Below, in pieces: positions 1 through 9,209 of a DNA stretch of 64,000 nt. The translations under genes and the position numbers were made by a program. Positions within the stretch are counted from its first letter, which is position 1; each line of letters opens with the position of its first letter. The stretch is from an uncultured Gammaproteobacteria bacterium (GTDB taxonomy: Bacteria > Patescibacteriota > Microgenomatia > CAYGWK01), in the NCBI GenBank assembly GCA_964353785.1, contig CAYGWK010000004.1, positions 22,730-86,729 on the forward strand, given 5' to 3'. The notes under the pieces are model-generated. The model saw only the letters and a list, made by a program, of their open reading frames with translations, ran no database searches and was not told the origin of the DNA.

Positions 1-11
1 TTTTTTAAAAA

Positions 12-929
12 ATGTTTGATATTATCTCTGTTGGTTCAGCGGTTTTGGATGTTTTTCTCCGATCCTCTAAATTTCCTTTGGATAAAACCATGGTGGGCCA
101 AAAAATTGAGCCAGAGGAGATGCTTGTTTCTTCTGGTGGAGGAGGAACAAATACGGCGGCTGGATTCTCTCGCCTAGGACTTCAATCTGCCTGTATTGCC
201 CGTTTTGGTGATGATTTGTTTGGTAAGTTTTTACTTTCTGATTTGGAAAAAGAGGTTTTCTCGAAAAAATATTTAATTGAGAAAAAGGGAGATAATACTG
301 ATTATTCAACTATTTTAGTAAATCCCGATGGCGGACGAATTATTTTAGTTTATCGGGGGAAAACAAGAATTGAAGAAGATATTTTTCCCTGGCAGGCGCT
401 TGAAGAGACAAAAAATATTTATCTTGCCTCAATTGAAGGAAACATTGACTTGCTAATAAAAGTGGTTGAGAAAGCCAAAGAAAAAGGAATCAATATTTTC
501 TTAAATCCAGGCTCTCGAGAATTAAAAGAAAAAGAAAAATTACTTTCGGTTTTTCCAAAGTTAAAAGCCCTGATTTTAAATAAAGAAGAAGCGGATAATT
601 TTGGTCTTTCGGAAAGACCAAAAGACGGACCAGGAGTTGTCATTATTACCAATGGTCGTCAGGGTGCTAAACTTTTTTCCGAAGAAAAAAAGTTTTTTGC
701 TGAAGCGTTTAGCGGAGAAGTAATTGACGAAACTGGAGCCGGGGATGCTTTTTCCGCCGGTTTTGTTTCCGGGATAATTAAAGGATTTTCTTTGGAAAAA
801 TCATTAAAACTTGGGATGGCAAACGGAAGGTCAGTCGTCACCAAACTTGGAGCAAAACCTGGACTTTTATACGAGAAGGAAATTGAAGACTGGTTGGGAC
901 GATCATCAAAAATTGAACAAATAAATTAA
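12..929 (+). CDS. PfkB-family carbohydrate/ribokinase-like kinase
   Basis: N-terminal VGSAVLD..GGGGTN (GG motif) and C-terminal DETGAGDAF anion-hole/ATP motif typical of the ribokinase/PfkB superfamily. Confidence 0.8.
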   Translation: MFDIISVGSAVLDVFLRSSKFPLDKTMVGQKIEPEEMLVSSGGGGTNTAAGFSRLGLQSACIARFGDDLFGKFLLSDLEKEVFSKKYLIEKKGDNTDYSTILVNPDGGRIILVYRGKTRIEEDIFPWQALEETKNIYLASIEGNIDLLIKVVEKAKEKGINIFLNPGSRELKEKEKLLSVFPKLKALILNKEEADNFGLSERPKDGPGVVIITNGRQGAKLFSEEKKFFAEAFSGEVIDETGAGDAFSAGFVSGIIKGFSLEKSLKLGMANGRSVVTKLGAKPGLLYEKEIEDWLGRSSKIEQIN

Positions 930-950
930 TCAGCAATAAGTCTTCTAAAT

Positions 951-1331
951 ATGCCCGAAGAAAAACCGAAAATTCACATCGATTCTTGCGGTTGGGGAAA
1001 TGTCGTTATAGATGGTCAAAAATTTGACCAAGTGATAATTTCTGGGGAGAAAATAATTCATCGAGAAATAGAAAAATTAGAAAAACTTTTTGGGACGACT
1101 CACCAAATTGGTGATTGGGAGATTGAGAAATTGCTTTCAGGAAACCCGGAAATTATTATTTTAAGTTCTGGCCAGGGAGGAGTAATGAAAATTGCTGATG
1201 AAGTTAAGGAAAAATTATTAAAATCTGGTGCCGAATTAAAAATTCTTTTAACGCCCCAAGCAGTTTCGGAATTTAATAAACTTTCATCAGAAGGAAAACG
1301 AGTTAATGCTTTAATTCACACTACTTGTTGA
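951..1331 (+). CDS. Mth938-like (DUF498) small conserved protein
   Basis: ~126 aa, central IIILSSGQGG motif and overall length and pattern recalled for the Mth938 domain family. Confidence 0.45.
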   Translation: MPEEKPKIHIDSCGWGNVVIDGQKFDQVIISGEKIIHREIEKLEKLFGTTHQIGDWEIEKLLSGNPEIIILSSGQGGVMKIADEVKEKLLKSGAELKILLTPQAVSEFNKLSSEGKRVNALIHTTC

Positions 1332-1385
1332 GGCGCCCTTGGCGCCAAAATCCTGCCGAAGCGGCAGCGAAGGAGGACTAAAAAA

Positions 1386-2357
1386 ATGGCAATTTTTAAG
1401 CAATCAGACCAATTTGTTCCTCGCAAGCTACCAGGAAAAATTTTAAAGCCAATACCAAAACCAAAAGGAGGAGGAAAATGGATTTTGACTCTTTTTGCCG
1501 GAAGCATAGTTCTAAGTTTAGGTTTATGGGCTTATGGCTCCTTAAAAACAGGAACAGGTATTCAAAAAATAATTAGCCCGCAGGTCGTTCCTACTCCGAC
1601 CCCGACCCCAACCCCCAAAAAAACTGCCGAGATAACCGATAAAGTTTCTGATTTAACCAAAAATTTAAAAGGAGAATATGGGATTTACGTTTTTAATTTA
1701 ACGACTAAGCAAGGATATGGAGTAAATGAAGATGAAATCTTTCCAGCTGCTTCTTTAATTAAACTGCCAGTATTTTTAACTTTATATCAAGAAGCAGAAG
1801 CTGGCAGAATTGATTTGGAGACAAAATATACTTTGAAAAATTCTGATAAACAGGCTGGGGCAGGAGGGATGCAATATAAGCCTGCGGGAACAGTTTTTAC
1901 TTATAGGCAGATGGCAGAATTGATGGGAAAACAATCAGATAATACCGCCGTTTTTGTTTTGCGAAAAATCCTAGGGGATCAAAAAATTCAATCTACTATT
2001 GATAATTTGGGGATGACAAAAACCTCTCTTTCAAAAAATGAAACTAGTCCTCAAGATTTAGGTTTATTTTTTAGAAAATTATATGCGGGTTCAATAGTCA
2101 GCCGAGAGCATCGGGATGAGATTTTGGGATATTTAACCGAAACTTTTGATGAATCAAGAATCCCGGCTGGCGTACCAGAAGGAACGAGAGTTTGCCATAA
2201 AGTCGGGACTGAAATAGGCATTATCTCCGATGCGGGAATCGTTTTTAGCCAAAAACCCTTTATTTTGGTAATAATGTCTGAGAATGTTAAAGAATTAGAA
2301 GCCAAAGAAGTTTTACCAAAAATCGCCAAGGAAGTTTGGGAATTTGAGAATAAATAA
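1386..2357 (+). CDS. class A beta-lactamase-like serine hydrolase, membrane-anchored with a PT-rich linker
   Basis: N-terminal TM helix, PTPTPTPTP linker, SxxK (ASLIK), SDN (QSDNTA) and KxG (HKVGTE) motifs in class A order. Confidence 0.7.
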   Translation: MAIFKQSDQFVPRKLPGKILKPIPKPKGGGKWILTLFAGSIVLSLGLWAYGSLKTGTGIQKIISPQVVPTPTPTPTPKKTAEITDKVSDLTKNLKGEYGIYVFNLTTKQGYGVNEDEIFPAASLIKLPVFLTLYQEAEAGRIDLETKYTLKNSDKQAGAGGMQYKPAGTVFTYRQMAELMGKQSDNTAVFVLRKILGDQKIQSTIDNLGMTKTSLSKNETSPQDLGLFFRKLYAGSIVSREHRDEILGYLTETFDESRIPAGVPEGTRVCHKVGTEIGIISDAGIVFSQKPFILVIMSENVKELEAKEVLPKIAKEVWEFENK

Positions 2358-2394
2358 ACTATTGACATTATGATAAATTTGTCATAAAATAATC

Positions 2395-2691
2395 ATGAAA
2401 GTTTTCTATCTGCCTGAAGTTGCCGATTTTGTAGAGAAATTAAGATATCAGGAACATACTCGATTAACCAGAGTACGAAAGCTCTTTGAAGAATATTCAT
2501 TTCAAATAGGTGCTAAATATATAAAGAAAATTACAGCCTCCGGAATATGGGAATTGAAGGCGGGCAGGATTAGATTGTTTTTATATGTCAAGGGAGATAA
2601 GGCGATAGGGGTTCATATAATTTGGAAAAAATCACAAAAATTGACTATTAGAGATATAAAATTAGCAGAAAGACGAAGCAAACAACTATGA
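2395..2691 (+). CDS. higB: type II toxin, HigB/Gp49-like (RelE/ParE superfamily)
   Basis: 98 aa; GIWELKAGRIRLFLY...WKKSQK motif characteristic of the Gp49/HigB family; 4-bp ATGA overlap with the downstream HTH gene. Confidence 0.7.
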   Translation: MKVFYLPEVADFVEKLRYQEHTRLTRVRKLFEEYSFQIGAKYIKKITASGIWELKAGRIRLFLYVKGDKAIGVHIIWKKSQKLTIRDIKLAERRSKQL

Positions 2692-2981
2692 AAAATAAAA
2701 GAACAAAACTTATTAGCGCTGAAGCATTGCATCGAAAATGGATGAAAGATCCAAAATATCGCCGTGAGTATGAAAAACTTGAGTCAGAATTTCAAATTGC
2801 TCGGCAAATTATTGGAGCAAGGATTAAAAGGAAAATGTCTCAGGAAGAGTTGGCGAAAAAAGCAGGAACTGGACAAGCAGTTATCTCCCGACTTGAGGGA
2901 ATGAACGGCAAACCTTCAATTTCTCTTCTTGAAAGAATCGCCCGCGCCTTGAATACAAAAATAAGGGTTACTATTCAATAA
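2688..2981 (+). CDS. higA: HigA-like antitoxin, XRE-family HTH
   Basis: 97 aa; HTH segment MSQEELAKKAGTGQAVISRLE; translationally coupled to the upstream toxin gene. Confidence 0.7.
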   Translation: MKNKRTKLISAEALHRKWMKDPKYRREYEKLESEFQIARQIIGARIKRKMSQEELAKKAGTGQAVISRLEGMNGKPSISLLERIARALNTKIRVTIQ

Positions 2982-3019
2982 ATTATCAGAGTAGTTTGGG
3001 AGTTTGAGACAAAGTAAAT

Positions 3020-3616
3020 ATGGTAATTATTAATTGGGATACGTTGTTAAAAATAGGCTCTTTAGCAGGATTAGCATCGTTTGTGTGGCTATTGATAAAG
3101 GATCTTGTTGGGTTTTACCGAAAACCAAAATTAGAAATTACATTTACAAAAAACAGAGATTTAAGGAATTTCTTCTTTGAGGATACGAAATGGGAAAGAA
3201 GGTTTGCCAATTTACATATTAAAAACAAGGGGAAAGATACCGCCAAAAGATGCGTTGCTATCTTGAGAGTTTTAACAAAACCACGAGAGGCTACAAATAT
3301 TGAAGAAGAATATGCTCTTCATTGGGCTGGAGTTGATTATTCTGCTCAAACAACCGGCGCAGAACCCGTTGATATAGGTCCCGAACCAAGAAGATTAGAT
3401 GTGGCGTTCACTCAGAATGGTCAGAATATAAATGGGAGTTGGATAGCGATGCCTCTTGCCTTATTGGGATCTTTAAGAAGAAATCAGGCGTATCTTCCAC
3501 CGGGTGAATACGAACTTAAAATTGAGGTTCAATGCGAGAACGGAAGTGGAGATAAAGCAAAATTTAAAATTATTTCTCCTCAGAATTGGGAGAATTTAGA
3601 TTTTGATAAGTTATAA
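3020..3616 (+). CDS. hypothetical protein with N-terminal TM anchor (cassette ORF)
   Basis: ORF with N-terminal hydrophobic helix; flanked on both sides by copies of the 3' end of the upstream hydrolase gene. Confidence 0.5.
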   Translation: MVIINWDTLLKIGSLAGLASFVWLLIKDLVGFYRKPKLEITFTKNRDLRNFFFEDTKWERRFANLHIKNKGKDTAKRCVAILRVLTKPREATNIEEEYALHWAGVDYSAQTTGAEPVDIGPEPRRLDVAFTQNGQNINGSWIAMPLALLGSLRRNQAYLPPGEYELKIEVQCENGSGDKAKFKIISPQNWENLDFDKL

Positions 3617-3807
3617 TATTTCTGGGACTTCTGCGGAAGAAGCTTTCCCGCCATTATCAAAATGGTTTGGGAGTTTGAGATAAAATAAATTTTCTTCTTA
3701 AAACACAAAAAGGCACCGCGAAAAGTAGTTTTGTTGCTCAACGCAACTCGTTACTTCTCTTTGGTGCCTCCTTGCACTATTCAGTTTCTGGAAGGATGTG
3801 TTGGGGG

Positions 3808-4302
3808 CTATTCCAGCGGTGATTCGAGAGACTCCTCGGCCTCTTTGATCTTTGGTTCCAAGACATCAGCAACATCACTTAGTCCCAGTGTGATGACGGC
3901 GGTGCCATCCTCTTCGGAAATCGTTGTTTCTTCTGAAAGAAGGCTAGATGTTTTGCTGGCTGACTTCCGAGTTTCATCAACGTGATGGGCCCTGATCAGG
4001 ATGTTGTCGGAATCTTGGGTTGTCCGGAGCGAGTTTATAACCTGTTCAGCTGCTCCTTCTCCGTTATCCCGATCGTAAAGCCAAGGATCGAGTGATTCAC
4101 CGCTTAGGTCCACCTTCATAACCCGACCCTTGAGATAGTCGAAGTCAGAGCAGCCGCGAGACAAAATCTCTTTGGCTTCTTCGACATCCATCGGTTTAGG
4201 GTCATAATGGAGGAACCCCATTCCTTGTGGTTTGGCCGCGTTGTATAGCGCTGCTAGAACAGCGGCTTTGTCCAATCCCTTCAGATCGATTAAATTAGAC
4301 AT
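3808..4302 (-). CDS. hypothetical acidic protein in a GC-rich foreign-looking segment
   Basis: ORF starting MSNLIDLKG with an AAGGAGA RBS 7 nt upstream; local GC clearly above the window average. Confidence 0.5.
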   Translation of the reverse strand: MSNLIDLKGLDKAAVLAALYNAAKPQGMGFLHYDPKPMDVEEAKEILSRGCSDFDYLKGRVMKVDLSGESLDPWLYDRDNGEGAAEQVINSLRTTQDSDNILIRAHHVDETRKSASKTSSLLSEETTISEEDGTAVITLGLSDVADVLEPKIKEAEESLESPLE

Positions 4303-4519
4303 AAATCTCTCCTTATTTAGTCTCACCTTAATAGGTGGCTTTCTGCCTACCTGGCAACAGATAAGCAAAGAGCCACCTACTCTGATGAGTAATCCTTCCG
4401 CAAACTGTAAAAGTGCAAGAATAAAAATTCAAACAAACAAAAAACAGGCAAGCAAATTAGCCTGAATTTGTTTGGCTTGATATGAGAATAATACCACAAA
4501 TAAACTCAAAAGTCAAATA

Positions 4520-6835
4520 TTATAGGTTCTTGTTCTTTCTCTCTTCCTCAATCTTTTTAATTTCTTCTTCTGTGCAGGAATTTTTTGGTTCGGTGCCAGG
4601 AAGGAAAATTTCTGTTTTTTTGCTTGGGCAGGCATCGCAGGACAAGGTTCCGGTAAGGGTGCAAATTTCAACCCTGACTAAGTTTTCTGGAAGAGAAAAT
4701 TTCTCATCAGGTTTGTCTTTTAAAAGTTCGGCCATGATATTGTGCCAAATTGGCGAGGCGCCGGTCACGCCCGAGGCAACGTAAGACATAGGTGTAGCAT
4801 CGTTGTTGCCGACCCAGGTAACGACCAAGAGATTTGGAGTATAACCGATGGTCCAGTTATCTTTTAAATTGTTGCTGGTGCCGGTTTTAACCGCCACCGA
4901 GGGATGTTCGGGGATATTTAAAAGTGAATTTGGACCAAAGGCTGGAGTTCGAGCTAAGTTGTCAGAAAGAATATCATCTAAAATATAGGCGATCTGCGGC
5001 GAAAGAGCCCTTTCGCCTTCAATTTCCAGCTTTTCCAGAACTTTTCCTTTATAATTTGAGCGTAGCGAAAATTTCAAGCTTTGCTTATAATCTTTAACCT
5101 CCAAAATTGGCTGTAAACCAACTTTCATTCCCAAATTTGCCAGGGTTCCATAAACTACGGCCATGTCAGTCATTTTGACTTCGCCTCCGCCTAAAGTTAG
5201 GGAAAGTCCGTATTGGGAGGGGTCGTTCCAGGTAGTGATGCCCATTTTTTGACCTTGTTCAATCATTCGAGAAACTCCTAAAGCAGAGAGAACTTTAACT
5301 GCCGGAACATTATAAGAAGAACCCAGGGCTATCCTTAGAGGGACATTGCCATGAAATCGGCCATCATAGTTTTTTGGCGAATAAGGAGGTTGTCCAGGAA
5401 CCTGATAAGTTATGGGCGTGTCGGGAATAATGGTGGCTGGCGTAAAACCCATTGAAAGAGCCACCGAATAATTAACTGGTTTAATTGAGGAGCCGGGCTG
5501 GCGGTTGGCGGTGGTGACGTTATAGTTTCCCTGGTTTTTTAAATCAAAATAATCTTTTGAACCTATCATCGCTAAAATTTCTCCGGTTTTAGGATTAGTT
5601 ACCAGGGCAGCTCCATTTGAAATTCGCAAAGATTTTAATTTTTCAACCTCACTTGAGACTTGCTTTTGGGCCAGGTTTTGAATATCCAAATCCAAGGAGG
5701 TTTTAACCTCAAGTCCACCTTCCTCAACCATTTTTTCTCCATATTTTTTAACCAGGAGTTCTTTAACATACATCACAAAATGGGGAGCGAAAATGTCAGT
5801 TTTTTTCAAAACCAGATGGATGTCCTGGGCCGATGCTTCGTCTGCCTGTTTTTGGGTGATAAATTTTTCCTCAACCATTCGGCGCAAAACAAGTTTCTGG
5901 CGCTCTTTGGCAATCTCTGGGTGGGCGCCGAAAGGAGAATAGGTAGTTGGTGAGGCTGGCAAGCCAGCTAAAAGAGCGGCTTCGGCCAAATTTATCTCTT
6001 TGACTGATTTGCCAAAATATAACTGTGAAGCCTCTTCAACCCCATAAGCCGCGCCCCCAAAACCAACCTCATTTAAATACATCTGAAGAATCTCGTCTTT
6101 TGAGAATTTTCTCTCAACCCATAAAGAGAGAATTATTTCTTTTATTTTTCTGCGAATGGTTCGTTCGGGGGAAAGGAGGGCATTTTTAACTAGTTGTTGG
6201 GTAATGGTTGAACCACCCTCGATTTTTCCAGTTTGGACAATTTTTCTGGCAGCCCGAAGAATTCCTTTTGCCGATAGTCCATGATGAGAATAAAATTCAG
6301 CATCTTCAATGGCGACCACCGCCTGGCGCAAAAAAAGGGGAGTTTCTGAAAGAGGAACTAGGGTTCGATTTTCGCTGCGATAAATTTTATAGAGAAGTTT
6401 GCCGTTTCGGTCGTAAATTTTGGTTGAGACAATCTGTTCTCTGGTGGTAAGTTTTTGGGGATTGGGGAGTTCGGAAAAAATAGTAAATAGAAAATAGGAA
6501 ATAGCAGATAGGAAAGAAACAGTTAAAAAGACAAGGAGAACAACCTTTCGAGAAATTTTGGGAAAGCGGATTTTTGGAATTCTGGGAAAACGAATTTTGG
6601 GAAATCTTAAACGAGAAACGTAAGACGCAAAACACGACAAGAGATTTATCAAGAAATGTCCAAGACGAGGAAAAAGGCTGGCAATCGCCAATAGGCAGTA
6701 GGCAATAAGAAGTATTGCCCAAAGGAACGGCTTTCCTAAAACCTCCAGAACTTTGCCAAAAAATTTCCAGGCAGAGAACCCTTTTTTGGGTTGAAGTTTT
6801 TTGGCGGAGTAGATGATTCCTGTCCTGACCGCCAT
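4520..6835 (-). CDS. class A penicillin-binding protein (PBP1a-type transglycosylase/transpeptidase)
   Basis: N-terminal TM; GT51 motif GGSTITQQLVKN; transpeptidase SSIKP (SxxK), SYN (SxN) and KTGTS (KTG) motifs. Confidence 0.9.
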   Translation of the reverse strand: MAVRTGIIYSAKKLQPKKGFSAWKFFGKVLEVLGKPFLWAILLIAYCLLAIASLFPRLGHFLINLLSCFASYVSRLRFPKIRFPRIPKIRFPKISRKVVLLVFLTVSFLSAISYFLFTIFSELPNPQKLTTREQIVSTKIYDRNGKLLYKIYRSENRTLVPLSETPLFLRQAVVAIEDAEFYSHHGLSAKGILRAARKIVQTGKIEGGSTITQQLVKNALLSPERTIRRKIKEIILSLWVERKFSKDEILQMYLNEVGFGGAAYGVEEASQLYFGKSVKEINLAEAALLAGLPASPTTYSPFGAHPEIAKERQKLVLRRMVEEKFITQKQADEASAQDIHLVLKKTDIFAPHFVMYVKELLVKKYGEKMVEEGGLEVKTSLDLDIQNLAQKQVSSEVEKLKSLRISNGAALVTNPKTGEILAMIGSKDYFDLKNQGNYNVTTANRQPGSSIKPVNYSVALSMGFTPATIIPDTPITYQVPGQPPYSPKNYDGRFHGNVPLRIALGSSYNVPAVKVLSALGVSRMIEQGQKMGITTWNDPSQYGLSLTLGGGEVKMTDMAVVYGTLANLGMKVGLQPILEVKDYKQSLKFSLRSNYKGKVLEKLEIEGERALSPQIAYILDDILSDNLARTPAFGPNSLLNIPEHPSVAVKTGTSNNLKDNWTIGYTPNLLVVTWVGNNDATPMSYVASGVTGASPIWHNIMAELLKDKPDEKFSLPENLVRVEICTLTGTLSCDACPSKKTEIFLPGTEPKNSCTEEEIKKIEEERKNKNL

Positions 6836-6866
6836 ACCAGGCTAATTATACCTCAAAACTCTTTTT

Positions 6867-9101
6867 TTAGGGAGTAGGAGATGGAGAGAGTAAATTTAGG
6901 GGGTTTATTTTGGCTGGGGCGGGTTTTTGCTCTGGAGGCAAGGGTGGACAATCAAGGCAAAAAATTGTTCCCAGGGGGTCCAAAATTACATTATGGTCTT
7001 GAGGTTCAACCCAATCAGGAAAAGGTTGGTCAGAGGAAATTTCTCCTGGCTGGACCGGAAGACCTGAAGTTTTATTTATCAAAACCGTTTTTCTTAAAGA
7101 TTCAGTCTCCTGAGGAACTGTTCCTTCCAAGAAATACTCAAACCGAGTTTGGCAGCCTGACTCTCCGAGAGCCATTCCGGAGACAGTACAAATACTTGCC
7201 CCAATTATACCTTCGGGCTTGATGGGCCAGTTTTGTTTCTGGCTTTTTAAAACAAAACTTATGATTTTATTCCAAATTGGTGAGGCGCCGGTCACCCCCG
7301 AAGCCACGGCGGACATTGGTTTGTTATCATTGTTGCCAACCCAAGTGGCAACTAAAAAGTCAGGGGTATAGCCGATTGTCCAGTTATCCTTTTTATCATT
7401 AGTGGTTCCGGTTTTGACGGAAACTTCAGGATGACCAGAAACCACCAAATATGAAGATGGTCCAAAGGCAAGGGAACGGGCATTATTATCAAGTAAGGTA
7501 TGAGAAATTAAATAGGCAACTTCCATGGGAATAATTCTTTCACCCTCTTGGATTTGGGTTTTTTCAAGTGTCTTTCCGGTATAATCAGAAACCTCTAAAA
7601 TTGAAACTAGCGGTTGTTTTATTCCTAAGTTGGCAAAAACCCCAAAAGCAGTGGCCATATCTGTCATCCGGACTTCGCCCCCACCCAAGGTTAGAGATAA
7701 ACCATATTGTTTTGGATCTTGGAGTGTCTCAAGCCCCATTTTTTGAGCAAAAGGAACAAAATTTTCTAAAGTATTTAAGGCTAAAACTTTAACCGCGACC
7801 ACATTAATTGAACTTCCTAGGGCAAATCTTGCTTGAAGCGGTCCATGGAAAGTATTGTCATAATTTGAGGGACAATAAAGTGGCTGACCAGTGACCTGGA
7901 AACAGGTTGGAGCATCGTTGAAGACTGTGGCTAAAGTTATTTTTTTATCCAAAAGTCCCAAAGCATAATTTAAGGGTTTGATGGCTGAACCAGGCTGGCG
8001 CAGGGCGGTTGAAACATTATAGTTTCCTTGAATATCTTTGGCAAAATAGTCTTTTGAACCAACCATGGCTAGAATCTCACCAGTTTTAGGGGCAGTTACC
8101 AAAGCGGCGCCATTTGAAACACGATAATTTTTAAGTTTGCCAACTTCAGTGGCCACTGCTCTTTCGGCAAACTCTTGAGTATCCAAATCTAAGGTAGTCT
8201 TAACCCGAAGCCCCCCTTGTTCAACTTGTCTTTGGCCATATTTTTCCACCAACTGTTCCTTAACGTACATGACAAAGTGGGGGGCTTTAATTCCAGTTTC
8301 ATGAGGGGCAAAACTAAGTTCCTGTTCTTTTGCTTTTTTGCTTTCTTCCTCGGTAATATGTTTGTCCTCAACCATTCTTCCCAAAACCCAAATTTGGCGC
8401 TGGAAAGCCAGTTCTGGATGGGCCCCAAAAGGAGAATATCTAGTAGGCGAGGCCGGCAGACCGGCCAAAAGAGTCGTTTCGGCTAAAGTCAAGTCGCGGG
8501 CGGACTTTCCAAAATAAAGTCTTGCCGCTGATTCTATTCCCCAGGCAGTTCCTCCGTAAGGAACTTGGTTTAAATACATCTCTAAAATTTTGTCTTTTGG
8601 GTAAATTACCTCAACTGCCAAGGTCAGAAAGAACTCGCGGATTTTTCTTCGGACTGTTCGCTCTGGTGTTAGGAGGGCATTTTTAACCAATTGTTGAGTA
8701 ATGGTTGAACCACCTTGAAGTTTTTGGTGAAAGATAATATTAAAGATGGCCCGGGCCATGCCTCGATAGGAAAAACCATGGTGGCGATAAAAATCTTTGT
8801 CTTCAGAGGAAATGGTTGCCCATTTGATATATTCTGGAACTTCCGAAAGTTTTATTGGAGTTCGGTTTTGGTCAGTATAAATTTCATATAATAATTTTCC
8901 ATTTCGATCAAAAATCTGGCTTGAAACAGGATAGGGCCAAGAGGTAAGTTTCCAGGGGGGAGGCATGTCCCAGAATAAATAAAGCAAACAGCAGACAGCA
9001 AACAGCAGACAGCAAACAGCAAGAAATTTTTGTTTAGTGGTTAATTTCTTAAATTTTTTACTGAACACTGGACGCTGAACGCTGGACACTGCTTTCTTCA
9101 T
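6867..9101 (-). CDS. class A penicillin-binding protein, second paralog (PBP1a-type)
   Basis: GGSTITQQLVKN GT51 motif, SAIKP, SIN, KTGTT motifs; start moved to internal Met (MKKAVSS) before the TM; Pro-rich C-terminal tail. Confidence 0.85.
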   Translation of the reverse strand: MKKAVSSVQRPVFSKKFKKLTTKQKFLAVCCLLFAVCCLLYLFWDMPPPWKLTSWPYPVSSQIFDRNGKLLYEIYTDQNRTPIKLSEVPEYIKWATISSEDKDFYRHHGFSYRGMARAIFNIIFHQKLQGGSTITQQLVKNALLTPERTVRRKIREFFLTLAVEVIYPKDKILEMYLNQVPYGGTAWGIESAARLYFGKSARDLTLAETTLLAGLPASPTRYSPFGAHPELAFQRQIWVLGRMVEDKHITEEESKKAKEQELSFAPHETGIKAPHFVMYVKEQLVEKYGQRQVEQGGLRVKTTLDLDTQEFAERAVATEVGKLKNYRVSNGAALVTAPKTGEILAMVGSKDYFAKDIQGNYNVSTALRQPGSAIKPLNYALGLLDKKITLATVFNDAPTCFQVTGQPLYCPSNYDNTFHGPLQARFALGSSINVVAVKVLALNTLENFVPFAQKMGLETLQDPKQYGLSLTLGGGEVRMTDMATAFGVFANLGIKQPLVSILEVSDYTGKTLEKTQIQEGERIIPMEVAYLISHTLLDNNARSLAFGPSSYLVVSGHPEVSVKTGTTNDKKDNWTIGYTPDFLVATWVGNNDNKPMSAVASGVTGASPIWNKIISFVLKSQKQNWPIKPEGIIGASICTVSGMALGESGCQTRFEYFLEGTVPQETESLRKTVLINKTSGLPVQPGEISSDQPFPDWVEPQDHNVILDPLGTIFCLDCPPLPPEQKPAPAKINPLNLLSPSPTP

Positions 9102-9209
9102 GCTTGTATTATAGCAGGCAAAGCCTTTATGGTATAAGCGAAGCTTGAAAACTTGTTTGAAAGCTGATGCTTTCAAAAGCCTTTGCCTTTTAGGCAAAGG
9201 AAGTTTATA

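Noticed and set aside
67-844. Minus-strand ORFs 67..309, 419..652, 659..844 overlapping the PfkB kinase gene
   Set aside because: They are fully antisense to a well-supported CDS with strong family motifs, and show no motif or RBS support.
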